DNA from: Octopus bimaculoides
Taxonomy: Eukaryota
Length of the DNA stretch: 64,000 bases
Assembly (NCBI RefSeq): GCF_001194135.2
Contig: NC_068982.1
Span: 32,941,423-33,005,422 of the forward strand
Reading direction: 5' to 3'
The stretch's first letter is position 1. Each line of letters starts with the position of its first letter. The position numbers were made by a program, and so were the translations under genes. Below the pieces are notes generated by a model that worked only from the letters and a program-made list of their open reading frames with translations, had not been told where the DNA came from and searched no databases. Shown one piece after another: positions 48,844 to 62,215 of the stretch.

Positions 48844-50420
48844 AGGTTCAAAATGGATATTAATCACAGTTACTAAACATATTTTATAATTTTTCACTTC
48901 GGTTGTACATTGTATTAATAGGATTGCTTTCTGCACTTTAACTTTCAGTTTCTCGGATAACATTCAACTTTTATGAAATTGGTCTATCACCCAAGAACCC
49001 AGCTTCTATCTACTAGAAAAAAAAATTCCCTCTTCAATGCATATAAAATGTTCGTTCACTCACCACCATGCCATGCATTTTCTTCTTTCATTCTCTCTCC
49101 CTCTCTCTCTCTCTCTTCCTTTCCCTCTGTTCATCCCTTTCTCACTCTCCTTTATTCTCCTCTCTATTTGTCTCTTTCTTCTCTTCTACTATTACTTATA
49201 TGATCGATGCTCCTTAACTTTATTTATGTTGTACGTTCATGTAAAACTATTCTCCTCAAGCGACTTTTCTTTTCTTTCTTTTTTTTTCTGTTTTGTACAT
49301 TCTGCGTTAGCATTCACCCTCTTAAACTTTACCGTATCGTTCATCGTCAAAACTTGATCCCTCTGGAACTTATTCTCCATTTACGTACATCCACCTAACA
49401 AATCACGTTCAATATTTCAAATTGAGAAGCAACCTTATAAACCCTATGGGACTACCTTTAGATTTCAATCTCGAAAAGCCAGCATAAGTTATAGGATCGT
49501 GACTTTTCGGCATGCTATATTTTGACGAGATGGCCCATGGTGTAACTTTCCTCCTTTATATTTCATAACACATCCATCTTAGCTCTAACAACACAACTTT
49601 CTAGGGAGAGTTCATACTGTTTGTGTTACCATCACGTCATGTTTATATCCGCATCTAAATTACAAACAAGATTCCATTGTGTTCTATTGTATTAGCGAAT
49701 CAAACTTACTCTCATTTCATTTTCCAAACTAAATCTCCACACCCACTATTACTAATGTTGACTTCTTTATTATTTTTACAGTATGTACCATGTAATTGAT
49801 CCATGCTTAGAACAACTCATTAAGTTTCCAGCAAGTAAGGCTTCTGGTGACACCTACAGGACAGACCACAAATCTCTGATCTTTGTATTTAAAAAAATAA
49901 ATCACTCGCTGTTGTTTCACCACAGTTTTTACATCTGAGTAAAAATATTTGTTTGTTACATCAGAAAAGGTCTTTTTTTACCTAGTTGTTACATGTACAC
50001 ACACTCGCACATACTCGCATATACACATATACAAACATTCCCGTCTAAAATATGTGTATCTAAAATATACAGTAGTATATCTTATGGCATCAACATTGTT
50101 GTTATCTTTGTTGTTGCTGCTATTGTTTAGTTCCAGGTCAACACAGACCAGACAGATCAATGAGCAAAGGCATTTCAGCTGAAACCAGCCTATCTTTTAT
50201 TCAAGTATTCTGTACCTTAGGCTATATTATCTAATATAATTATCTTCCTTTTCTTTTTATAAGACAACAGGAAGCGGTGCAGCTTCCTAGGTCTAACCAA
50301 CAGTAGTATTATTCTCTTCAGGGGACTGTCACAATAAGTTGACAGCATACAACTACAATTTGAATCAGTTAAACACTTTGCTCTTCATAGCTTATTTTAT
50401 GTTTTATATATGTATCCAGT

Positions 50421-50667
50421 CAGGGATTCCCAACCATTTTTCTCTATGGATCCCTTTGATCCCTATTTCACTTGGATGGACCCCCATAGTCACTCGATAT
50501 TTAAAAAGTCCTGTTGCATTTTTGTAATCAAATATTATTAGGAATTGTCTTTAAAAATTGTTTCGTGTATCATTGAAGTAATGATCGAATTATTGCGCCT
50601 AAATTTTAACAGCAAAAATCTTATATGGACCGCCAAGGATCATATGAACCCTCGTTGAGAGCCACTA
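50421..50667. mobile_element. hAT MITE, same family as 38248-38590, opposite orientation
   Basis: Ends CAGGGATTCCCAA / TTGAGAGCCACTA; shares subterminal TATGGA(C/T)CCCTTTGAT and AAAATCTTATATGGA; shorter interior; no TSD recognised. Confidence 0.8.
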
Positions 50668-51258
50668 GACTATCTCTAGAAAACTGGAAAATCCAGAAAT
50701 TTGAGACACTTCTAGTCTTAAGCTTGCCGAATAATTTGTACGGTACTGAACTTATATCTTAAGATATCAGTATGCTGTTCAAAAGGTCTGGCTGGTGTCG
50801 GTGTGCTGGTTTTTCAGCCAAGGGCCATATGTTTCTATGATGTCTAGAGTGCTGCAGATGTATCCTGTGCTGTGATATATCACAGATAAAATATATACCA
50901 TATGTATTTACATAATGGAGACACTTTTACAAACATTCACACTTGCACTTACAGAGATAGTGACATGGATGCAAGACAAAACGTATATGCACACTCCTTC
51001 ACACACACACGAACAAACGCAACAACACATCACGCGCACATATATATTCCCAAATGCACATATTCTTACTCAAGCATACATAACCATGCATATATACATA
51101 CATATGTATATCTATGTTTGTATGTGTATGTGTGTTTGACTATATGCATCACGTCTCTGCGTGAGTATACAGATAGATACGTGATAAATACGCAAGTTGA
51201 TTAATGTCCAGATTTAGATATACATCCTCTTATGAATGCATTACACACACATATGTGT

Positions 51259-51296
<38 letters not shown>

Positions 51297-51368
51297 ATTT
51301 GTGTATATCTATGTATAAATACAAAGATATATTTGCGTCTGTATTTATATATATATATATGTGCATAG

Positions 51369-51400
<32 letters not shown>

Positions 51401-51494
51401 NNNNNNNNNNNNNNNNNNNNNNNNNNNNNNNNNNNNNNNNNNNNNNNNNNNNNNNNNNNNNNNNNNNNNNNNNNNNNNNNNNNNNNNNNNNNNN

Positions 51495-51535
<41 letters not shown>

Positions 51536-52061
51536 CGCGTGTGTGTGTGAGAGAGAGTGTGTGTTTGTCCAATTGTGTGGACAGAAAATATGGAATCACG
51601 TAGGGGGAAATGCGATAAAACCGGTTCTTTCAATTACAGTTTGAAAGACAAGATTACTTTAGCAATACACTTTCTGGCGAAATACTCTGATACTTCTACT
51701 ATAACTTAATAACTGAATTGTCAGTGAATGTGACGGAAAAACTTAGATCCTGATCGTTGTAACCGATGGCGAACCATTTATTTTATGCATATTATTAGTG
51801 AGCATATATACGCATTATATAAATACATATTAACTGTCTTCACGTCCCGACTGCATTCTGTAAACTAGTCCGCTGTGACAAGCTGTGTTTTGCAAGATGT
51901 GTTCAAAGTGTTGTTAGAAACGTCTTCTTCGATCTGGAATAACAAGAGTTGTCAGGTTAGCTTATTAGATGTATAGTAATAATATTTTAAGATTGAAATA
52001 ATCTACACTAGTTACAATTGCCTCTCCTTAACAAGTCTCAAAACGTCTGGAATGCACCACG

Positions 52062-52121
<60 letters not shown>

Positions 52122-52410
52122 CGGATACATACATAAATATATATATATATATGTACATATATATAATTTGCATATGTCCATGCATGTATACATACAAACA
52201 TATGTGTATGTATGGATATGTGTATGTGTATGTATGCTTGTATGTAAACGAGTATATGTTTGTTTTAGGGTGAGTGTATATGTGTGTGCAAGTATGTTTG
52301 TATGCGTGCGTGCGTGTATGTTTGCTTGTGTGTGTGTGTGTACGTGTGTGTGTTTGTTTGCTTGTGTGTGTGTGCGTGTGTGCGTCTGTATACGTGCGTG
52401 CACGCGTGCG
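52062..52410. repeat. (TAGA)n then compound TA/TG microsatellite
   Basis: Direct reading of the sequence. Confidence 0.93.
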
Positions 52411-52781
52411 TAGTATGTGTGTGAGTGTTGCTATGAGGTATTAACGAGCAACTCTATAAGCAATATCAAAAACTTCATCCTCAGTTGTTTATCATCCCAC
52501 TTCAAGACATTTTATATACATGTGTCTCCACCCTTATCTGGGGACGAAACCTTTCTCGTATTTAACGTTATGTAAACATTTTCTCGATGGGAGGGTCATT
52601 AAAACTACAGCCGTCATTAATTTGCTTTTATCTACGGTTTCTTTCTTCCTACTTCTTTTTCTTTCCTTTCTAGTCTTTTCTCATTCTTCTTTGTTTGTAT
52701 CATTCGCCTCTTCTCCCATCTTGTGTATTCCATTGTGGGACATCTACATATTGAATCAGCATGGATACTAGAAGAAGAGGG

Positions 52782-52939
52782 CACTAGCGTAGCTAGCGGG
52801 GAGGGTGGGGCGGTAGGGGGCGGTCCGCCCCTGGCGGCACTTTTGGGTCTGCTCTAAGCAGTATGTGTTTTTTTGTGAGGTCCGGGGGCGGCAAACGGAA
52901 GGGCCGCCCCGGGTAGCACACACTCTACCTACGCTAGTG
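52782..52939. mobile_element. GC-rich 158-bp hAT-like MITE
   Basis: TIRs CACTAGCGTAG / CTACGCTAGTG; 8-bp TSD GAAGAGGG / GAAGCGGG. Confidence 0.85.
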
Positions 52940-53289
52940 GAAGCGGGTAAGAAATCTGAAGAATATTGGAAGACACAAACGAAGAAACAAAACAAAAAAA
53001 AACAAAAAAGAGCGAGGAGATGGAAACATAGGCGAATGGAAAATATAAAGGAAAGAGGAAAACAGAAAGTAGAGAAGATGGAGAAGATGTGAGGTGAGAG
53101 GAATAAGAAGGAAAAATGAAGAAATAAAGGGAAACCAAGAAAAGACCAGGAAAGAGGGAAAAGATGACGGAAGGAAAGGAAGAATACAATATGCAGAAAT
53201 CGAAAGAAATTTTGAAAGAGCCAGAAAAATCAATCAGAAAAACAGAAAACGGAAGGATAGAAAAGAGAAAGATAGACCAAACTGGGTTG

Positions 53290-53304
53290 ATAGATAGACA
53301 GACG

Positions 53305-53375
<71 letters not shown>
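53290..53375. repeat. (GATA)n microsatellite after a purine-rich low-complexity tract
   Basis: Direct reading of the sequence. Confidence 0.95.
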
Positions 53376-53863
53376 GCCTACATACATATTTATACGTGTG
53401 TTTGCGTTTGCATATGTGTAAATATGTATATCGCAGTTTCCAGACGATCTCAGTCTCATCGGGCTATGAAGTGCTGCCGGTTTCTGTGCTGCCTCTTTGG
53501 TAGCGGTTGATCTATTTTCATGCAGACTTTACTGCCAGAATTTCACTGTTTAAGTTATACGTCGTTAGTCACCTATTCATACTGTTTACGCCGTGCGTCT
53601 GATGTTTAACTTTGTCTTGTGATACGAGCATTGTTTTCGTAATTATTTTTGAGTAGAATACTGTGGAGAATTTTGTTGAGAATTCCCAATACATTGCGTA
53701 ACGACATAATAGATGCGCCTACTTCTATTTACAGAAGGAACAGATATTCAGATGGTTTGTCGACAGTAGCGTTAACGTCAACAATATCATCAACTAACTT
53801 GTACTAACTGGATAGAAATGATACTTGATGATTGACGATAACGCTTGATATTTTGCATTATGT

Positions 53864-53945
53864 CAGGGCAGCGAGTCAGCAGAATCATTAGCACGCCGGG
53901 GAAAAAATGATTGGCAACATTTCGTCCATTGTTACGTTCTGACTG
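53864..53945 (+). mobile_element. SINE family 1, head only
   Basis: GCAGAATCATTAGCACGCCGGG..TTACGTTCTGA. Confidence 0.75.
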
Positions 53946-54659
53946 AAAAATGTTCAATCTAGTCTTTTGAGATGTGTTGATGATCACTACACTTTTTTAT
54001 CCGCCTTTTATTGGGACCTTACCTATTCTTGGTGTCAATAGTTAACTGGACATTTCCTCCAACTCTTGCAAACTGGTCACCTGAAACGTTCATTTGGTGC
54101 AACTCTGATGGTAGTAGAAAGATGAAATATATTCAAACATTATAAATACCAACAGTGTAGTTTATAAATCAGCATAAAATGTTGTATAAAGGAGTAAAAA
54201 TTTGAAACAAAGAAAGTATCAATTATTTTCTGTCTTACATGGTATTTGAAACCATATACTAAATTTAGTAATGAGCCGTAATTATAACCCGCGAAGCACT
54301 TTGTCTGGAATTCTAAATTTCCTACCAATGATGGTAAAACTTTGAATTCTGAGAACAATAGAGTCGACAACATCGACATGGTAGTTGACTGGTATTTGGT
54401 AGGGAAAATGAAAGCTTAAGATGGCAATGGCGGGTTGTAACTAAACAGCATAAGGCGTTTTGGTTGATGCTCTAATGCAGGTATGGTCAAACTTTTACGA
54501 GAAGAGTGTTGTATGAGACATGGATTATCACAAGGCGGGTCACACAACTAAGAATATTCAAGGTAATTTTACGTTAGGAGTGATATTCAGTGACTGGTCT
54601 AATGAGCCAATACACCATCCAGTCCCTCAGAGTATAACACATTTGCATAACACGTTTGT

Positions 54660-54861
54660 TCCCTTCCTATCACCACTTGCCAACCAGGGTTGATGTGCTT
54701 ACGTCCCCGTAACACTAACGGTTCACCAAAAGAGACCGATAGATTAAGTACCAGGCTTAAAACATAAGTACTGCGATCGATTTATTCGACTAAAAAGATT
54801 CAAGACGGTGCTCCAGAATGGCCGCAGTCTAATGAGTGAAACAAGTAAAAGATAAAAGATA
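54660..54861 (+). mobile_element. SINE family 2, 3' body only
   Basis: ACGTCCCCGTAAC..GAGACCGATAG..GGTGCTCCAG.ATGGCCGCAGTC..AAACAAGTAAAAGA. Confidence 0.88.
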
Positions 54862-55210
54862 TTTTGTGTATTGTAGTAGTATTATAAGCAATTTATTGTA
54901 CATAAATTTGAATAACAAAATGTTATATGAACCTCTAAGGTTCATATGTATTCCAGCTGAGAGCCATTGTTGATCTATCATTGACTACGATGTATTGATG
55001 TTCTCAGTGTTGTTGATTACAGGTGGTGGCATTTATAGTGATGATGTTGTGTGTTAGTGGTAGCCCTGATGTGGAGATTATTGCTTGGAAGTGATGACGC
55101 TAGTAGTGGCGATGTTGCTTCCTTGTAACAGTGATCATGTTGATATTTTTTTTGGTAGTGATAACTATCTTGGATGAAAGACTCTCAGCAGATATATCTT
55201 CAGCAATGTC

Positions 55211-55278
55211 GCCACCGCCACCACCACCACCACCACCACCGCCACCATCACCACCACCACCGCCGCCGCTACCGCTAT

Positions 55279-55321
<43 letters not shown>

Positions 55322-55445
55322 AATGATGGTGGTGATGGTGGTGGTGGTGGTGGTGGTGGTGGTGGCGGTGGTGGTGGTGGTGGTAATCATGACGACGACG
55401 ACGGCGATTATGATAACGTTGTTACTACCGTCGACGACGACAACG
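55211..55445. repeat. Compound (CCA)n-(GAT)n-(GGT)n-(GAC)n trinucleotide array
   Basis: Direct reading of the sequence. Confidence 0.95.
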
Positions 55446-55643
55446 TCAAGGTCGACTTCTGCTAGCTGTGCCAGGCAACTATTTTGACTTGGATAACAGC
55501 AGCCTTTTCCTTCAACTCACCTACCCATCCATTCTGGCGAGACTTTCCACTCCCAAACAGTACCTTTCACCCGCACACACACACATATATGTACAGATAG
55601 TGATAAAGACATGGAGAGACGGAAAGAGAAACACACACACACT

Positions 55644-55696
<53 letters not shown>

Positions 55697-55881
55697 TTAC
55701 ATAGACCNNNNNNNNNNNNNNNNNNNNNNNNNNNNNNNNNNNNNNNNNNNNNNNNNNNNNNNNNNNNNNNNNNNNNNNNNNNNNNNNNNNNNNNNNNNNN
55801 NNNNNNNNNNNNNNNNNNNNNNNNNNNNNNNNNNNNNNNNNNNNNNNNNNNNNNNNNNNNNNNNNGAAACACACACACACT

Positions 55882-55934
<53 letters not shown>

Positions 55935-56169
55935 TTACATAGACCTCATTTAACTATTTGTATATGTATAGCAGGATACTTGTTCAGTTTATGCAAGCTA
56001 CAGGCTTTACTTGAAAGGAAATTAAGCTTGGTTTCCCAAAGTAAAGTGATCGACCTACAATTACACCTTCCCCACCCCTACGTAATTTGTACCATAATGC
56101 TGCGCTGGAATACAGCCCGGATGCCACGAAGGACTAGTATAGTCTTGACACGGAATTTTATGTTTGGGA

Positions 56170-56769
56170 ATCAGTGTGTCTGTGTATATGTGAGCGTATG
56201 TATGTATGTATGTATCTATGTTTTTGAGTATGTATGTGTGTATGTATATACGTATGTATGTGTGCGTAAGTACGTATTTATGCATGTATGCATGCATGTG
56301 TATGAGTGTATGCATGTGAGTGTATATGTATATGTATGCATATATACGCACATACATACATACATATATACGCACGCATACATACATGTATGTATATATA
56401 TATATATATATATATTTATGCATGTATGTATGTATGTATGTAGGGAAGTAAATGTGTTTCTTTGTCTGTATGTGTCCGTGTGTGTGTCTGAATGTATATG
56501 CGACTGCGAATATGTGCTTGTATCTTTATCCATGCGCGTCTTTCTTTCTGCATGTGTTTCTCACTCTATGCGTACGTGTATGTATGTATGTATGTATGTA
56601 TGTATGTATGTATGTATGTATGTATGTCTCTTCTATTTTATTATTATTATTATTATAAAGCTTCCACTGAGAACGGAGCCGGTTTATGTATGCATGTGTG
56701 TGCCTATGTGTACATGCATGCATGTATGATTGCATGAATATGTATACGACTACATATGTATACGTGAGT

Positions 56770-56834
<65 letters not shown>

Positions 56835-56844
56835 NNNNNNNNNN

Positions 56845-56937
<93 letters not shown>

Positions 56938-56943
56938 TAATAA

Positions 56944-56982
<39 letters not shown>

Positions 56983-56985
56983 ATA
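56170..56985. repeat. Microsatellite block: TATG/TG, (CT)n, (TAA)n, (TAAA)n
   Basis: Direct reading of the sequence. Confidence 0.93.
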
Positions 56986-57159
56986 TCCAGACCTAGTTGA
57001 GATCAGCTGAAATAAATTTCAACTCGAAGAAGTGGAGTAAAAGAAACTAATTCTAGCAACGTTAATCACACTTCTTAAAGGAGGGTAATGGTTAGAACAT
57101 TTTTAAAATTCAGTATTTTCCCAACGTATTCATTTAAGCGTTTTGGGTTCATGAACATT

Positions 57160-57560
57160 TAGGCGCAAGTTTGTCTGTGTGGTAAGAATGTTTGTTTCCT
57201 AACTATACGGTTTCGGGTTCGGTCCCACTGCATGGAACCTTGGGCAGGTGTCATTCTTATAGCCTGGAGTTGACAAAAGCTTTGTGAGTGGATTTGGTAG
57301 AGAAAACAGGAAGAAGCGTGCACGCGTGTGTGTGTACGTGCGCGTGTGTGTGTGTGCGTGTGTTTGCTTCCCACTATAGCCTGACAACCGCTGTTGCTTT
57401 GTCTACGTCCTGTAAAATAGCGGTTCGTCCAGAGATATCGATAGAATAAGTACAAGACTTTATAGAAGTACTGGGGTTGATTTGCTCGATTAAACCCTTC
57501 AAGATGGTGCCCCAGCATGGCCGAGGTCTAATGACTGCAACAAATAAACGATAAAAGATA
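57160..57560 (+). mobile_element. SINE family 2, full length, with a short internal (TG)n
   Basis: Both halves contiguous with no gap. Confidence 0.9.
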
Positions 57561-58154
57561 CCACTATAACTATTTCCGGTGCAGCCAATGAGCAAGCCTG
57601 AACATGCTCACTAGGTCAGCTAGAAATAGTTGCCAAGTCCCCTCTAAATGCTATTCTACTGTGTTTTAAAATAATGGAGAAAGGAACTACCCTTTAAATA
57701 GTGCAAGCCAAAATTTCCTATGTTCGAAAAATTGACGAGATGGCCATGGCCATAACGCCTCTAATAACGTTTAACGTGCTCGATCAGATCAGATTTGGGA
57801 CTAAACCTAAAAGATGTGAAACATTACACGTTTTTATTGTTGTTGCCGTTAACGTTTTAGTTGAGGTGAGAGGCAGTATCCAGGACTCTTTACATGGCCT
57901 CCAGCACTGATAGGAAGGAGAAAACTATTTTTAGACAGAGGATTTGGCTCGAATTCTTGCAACAGTGTAAACTCTGCTAAAGGTATTATATGATGATGTC
58001 ATACGAGGCAATAATGTATGCCACCCAAGTAGAGTAGAGAGGAACGGGAACTCGTAACGCAAAGGACTGAGACAGACACCACAAACAATACAGTCCAACG
58101 TTTTTGTACTTCCGCCAGTTCATCGACCTGAGATTAGCCTTTTTCTTTTTTTTA

Positions 58155-58255
58155 ATTTAAGAAGGATAAAAGGGGAAGTTGATCTCAGCGGGATTTGAAC
58201 CTAGAACTCAGAGAGTTATGACAAATACCGTGAGGCTCTAACAACTCTACCAATT
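58155..58255 (-). mobile_element. SINE family 1, degenerate 5' part
   Basis: GGATAAAAGG..AAGTTGATCTCAGCGGGATTTGAAC. Confidence 0.6.
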
Positions 58256-59304
58256 CGTTTTTATTTGCTTAATTATTTATCTAATTATCTGCCTTTTCTC
58301 GTCTTTCTAGAACATAGCCTGTAATGAAAAAGATCACAGAATTTCAAAAGGATAAATAGTATTTGTTATATTCCAAGACTACAAAAATGTCATCTGCTAT
58401 GAAGATTGCGGAGATGAAAAATTGCAAACAGCTTTAGAGGCGCCGATCCAATTTGACTTTGCACGATAGGGATCGAATCCCTGAAATCAACCCAGTAACT
58501 AGGGATTCCTAGTAGGTCCCGAGTATTTTCTCATCTCTATCACATTCCTACCCTTTGTACGCACTACGCATTGCTATAAGAAACCTCCACGTGGTAGCTC
58601 ACCCTGCTTGAAACATTAGCCAATGTTACCTCAAAATCACATCTTCGTCTACATTCCTTTAAAGAAAAGAGATAATCATGGTCAGACCCCCTTTTATCAT
58701 CGATCCTTTCATTGATAACATCTAGCTATCGCCGGTTCTCTGAAATCCCAAGAGAACCTTTTCATTGAATCCATCTTGTTAACGTCAGCAGCCGGCATTA
58801 AAATTTTGTTCACTGCTGAATCAGTGAATGAGGCCGCTATACGTTCGCTGGACCAGCTAAAAATGACCCCCAAATCTACCTCAAATCTTACTTCGCCATA
58901 GGTAACACATATTGGTCAATGTAACCCTTAGAATTCGAAAGAGCTGATGGTCACATCTGGAACACCTTTAATCATATTCCGGCTCGATCGACTACAACAA
59001 CTTAATTATAAGAAAAGAATTATATACATTTGGTAATTAGATGACCTTCCAATTAACTGGTCATTAATCAAATCTAACATATAAAGTCTGAACTCTAACA
59101 GAGGAAGGCAAACATACTTTGAGTATTATGTTTACAAGTCTATATTTGGTACGAATGGCGTAAATTAAAACCAATTTTCTTCTTCAAAAATGCACTACAA
59201 ATATGAAAGGTTACTGAAATCAACATAATTTGGCTGACATTGGATTAAACTTAGTTTGGAGAAATGTGTTTACTTATTTGTCTGCAGCAAGTAGCGTCAT
59301 AAAA

Positions 59305-59305
59305 T

Positions 59306-59362
<57 letters not shown>

Positions 59363-59515
59363 TTAGAGAGAGGGAGGGAGAGAGAGAGAGAGGGGGAGAC
59401 AGACGGGAGACAGAGAGAGACAGACAGACAGAGAGACAGACAGACAGACACAGAGAGAGAGACAGACGGGGACAGAGAGACGGAGGACAGACAGACGGGG
59501 AGAGAGAGAGGGGGG
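59305..59515. repeat. (GA)n/(GACA)n compound microsatellite
   Basis: Direct reading of the sequence. Confidence 0.93.
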
Positions 59516-60773
59516 ACTAAGATGGAACATTATTTTGCAGTGTTAAAAATCGTTCACAGTGAATTAAAATTAGTTTTCTGTAGGTGAAATCTTTAATACT
59601 AGAAGAAAATGTGAAACCACATTCCGATAAAAAAACAAATTAATTAAACGTTTTCTAGAAGTGTGGACGTTAATAATTACTTTCTTTTAAGTAAAAATTA
59701 CATATTCCAAACTAGTTAATGAGTAGCTTTCTTTATTATAGTATAGATAGACATATATAGTCGGATTATAAATTGAATAATTAGAAAAGTAAATCGAAAA
59801 TTTGTGAAAGAAAGAAACAGTCTTAACGTGAAAGGAAAACACGAGCACAAAAACTAAGGATGTAATAAGGGCCTCCATTGATATGTCCTTGATAATACAA
59901 CGGAAACAAGCATATACAAAGACCAACGGAATAAGAGAATAATGTCCAAGTGGCACATTCCTGCGTGATTCAATAAGCTGAAAACATGGTGACTCCTATT
60001 ACCTCTCCAGTTATGGTTGGCCAAAGGTCTCTCTGTGAGAATCTCTTCCACCCTGTAATACCCTTCCAGACAATTGCACACTCTGCTATCACGACTCTCA
60101 GAGTCAATGTGGCACACAAGCTACTTCACCTCAACAAGAACTGTACCGTGTGCTGGATACGTTTTTAATCTCAACGGTTTCATTCAATACATGAATACTG
60201 TTACACTTCTGAGGTAGCAAATTGTCAAAATAGAGTTACCTTTGTTTCTCCTGTTTCCAGGATCGATAACAAAAGTACCACTCCAGGGTAATGGATTGCC
60301 AGAACTGTTAGCGGGTGGGAAGAGGAAAGAATGCTTTGTTGTATCTGTTCCGGTTTATTGCGTTGTAACCGCAAAGCTTGCGATGACACGGATGCCAAAC
60401 TGCATCGGCCTTGCTTTTCCGATAGATGTGATTGATGGTATGGACAACTGCTAGCCTAGTACTCACAAAACAAAATCCTTGCTCAGGGATGTGCTTTCAA
60501 GAGAAAGTCTCGAAATGCAGAAATTCATGCCAACTAAGATCGAAAGTACTCTAGAATTAACCCTGAAATCATTAGTAAACTATCTTCATATCAATACACA
60601 AGTGTATATTGTATGCAATATACTGTAGTACATATTCACGTCAGTTATGTAGCTTCTAAGTTCAAATCAGCTCGGATTTAATTTTGCCTTTCGTCCCTCC
60701 GGTATCGATAAATTGGTTTTTCCTTACTTTCGAAACATGAGGCCCCGTGCCGATACAAGAGCTTACGCTAAAT

Positions 60774-60995
60774 TAAGGTGGCGAACAGGCAGAATAGTTA
60801 GCACGCCGGGCAAAATGTCTAGCGCATTTCGACCGCCTTTACGTTCTGAGTTCGAATTCCGCCGAGGTCGACTTTGCCTTTTCTCCTTTCGGGTCGATAA
60901 AATAAGTACCAGTTGAACACTGCAGTCGATGGAAACGACAGCGCCCACCCCACCCACCTCGAAATAGTTGACCTTGTGCCAAAATTTGAAATAAA
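60774..60995 (+). mobile_element. SINE family 1, full length
   Basis: Near-consensus, with GAGTTCGAATTCC B-box. Confidence 0.93.
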
Positions 60996-61010
60996 TGTTG
61001 CGCCAGATGA

Positions 61011-61082
61011 GGTGTTATGTTCGGTAAGTGATTTAGCACCCGATTGGGTGTTAAGTTCAGTAAGTGATTTAGCACCCGATTG
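61011..61082. repeat. 36-bp tandem duplication
   Basis: GGTGTTA(T/A)GTTC(G/A)GTAAGTGATTTAGCACCCGATTG x2. Confidence 0.92.
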
Positions 61083-61464
61083 ATAACACGGAGGAAAATA
61101 TTAAATTCAAACACAGATGCTCGTCTCTTTTTCGAGGTTGTTAGTATAAGAAATGAAATGTTACAAACTGAAAATCAAAAATTTGTTCGTATATTTTCGA
61201 TATTGGCAGAAAAGTACATATGTAAAGGGACTTGTCTAAATGCTGATAAAAATTAACGATAACATAGTTGAAGAAATATCATGCATGGGATAAAATCTAT
61301 GACACAGGACCACACACTGAATGGTGAGGGTTTTAATCAAACCAGTTTGCAACTAGCACTAATCATAATGCGTCTGAAAAAGCAAGCTCAACGATGTTAC
61401 ACTCAAAACATAATGAAAGTAATAGCAGTTAAGTGTTCAGCGTGTGCCACTGTTTTCTCCAGGT

Positions 61465-61775
61465 GAAGGCGCGTGGCTCAGTGGTTAGGGTATTCGGCTC
61501 ATGAACATAAGGTCGTAAGTTCGATTCCTGGTGGCATGTTGTATCCTTGAGCAAAACACTTTATTTCGCGTTACCACAGTTCATTCAGCAGGCAAAAATG
61601 AGTAGTACCTGCATTTCAAACGGCCAGCCTTGTCACGTTGAATCTTCCTTTAATACTACGTTAAGCTTAAGTGTGTCTGTGGAGTGCTCAGCCATTTGCA
61701 CGATAATTTCTCGAGCAGGCTGTTCTGTTGGTCGGATCATCTGGAACCCTTGTCGTCGTAACCGATGGAGTACCA
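61465..61775 (+). mobile_element. SINE family 3, full length, with consensus-like Pol III boxes
   Basis: A-box TGGCTCAGTGG at 61474-61484, B-box GTTCGATTCC at 61519-61528; tail GTCGTCGTAACCGATGGAGTACCA. Confidence 0.92.
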
Positions 61776-62215
61776 GTTTATTTTCTACCGCTCCAACGCT
61801 GTTAATTACCTAATTTGTTTCGAAAGCTTATTATTATTATTACAGAAATTTTGAAGAAATAAGGTATTTTAATTCCATTAACTAACATTAGATTTATATT
61901 ATAGTAAACTGATTTACTATCGTAACTATTTCTATTTCTAATATAAACACACGGGTGCGCACTTTTATCGGGGTTGTAATTTACATGACTTGACTGCTAC
62001 TTAATTTATCAACCGCAGAATGATGAAGTCGACCGCAGCGAGTGGTGAAGTCATAATGTAACGTGACATAACCAGATCCCTATTCCTTATTGCGGTATAT
62101 TATAATAATGTTCGTAACAGTGGCACAAAGCCACGTATTTTACTTGCAGTGGTATGATCGATTTCGATTATATATTTCAAAAATGGACCAAGGTCATAAA
62201 ATTGAAGAAGGTATA

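Noticed and set aside
52865-53459. Lys/Arg/Glu-rich and Phe/Ser-rich ORFs
   Set aside because: Purine-rich low-complexity DNA plus a MITE.
53440-53640. Possible RTE/L2 3' coding remnant on the minus strand
   Set aside because: The motif resemblance is too weak to support a call.
55100-55487. Poly-Pro/Met/Val and poly-Gly ORFs
   Set aside because: Compound trinucleotide microsatellite.
55627-55945. Identical 80-bp CA-rich block on both sides of a gap
   Set aside because: Most likely overlapping contig ends (false duplication) rather than a real direct repeat.
61011-61082. 36-bp repeat of CRISPR-like length
   Set aside because: Two abutting copies with no spacer, no cas genes, and a eukaryotic context; a simple tandem duplication.
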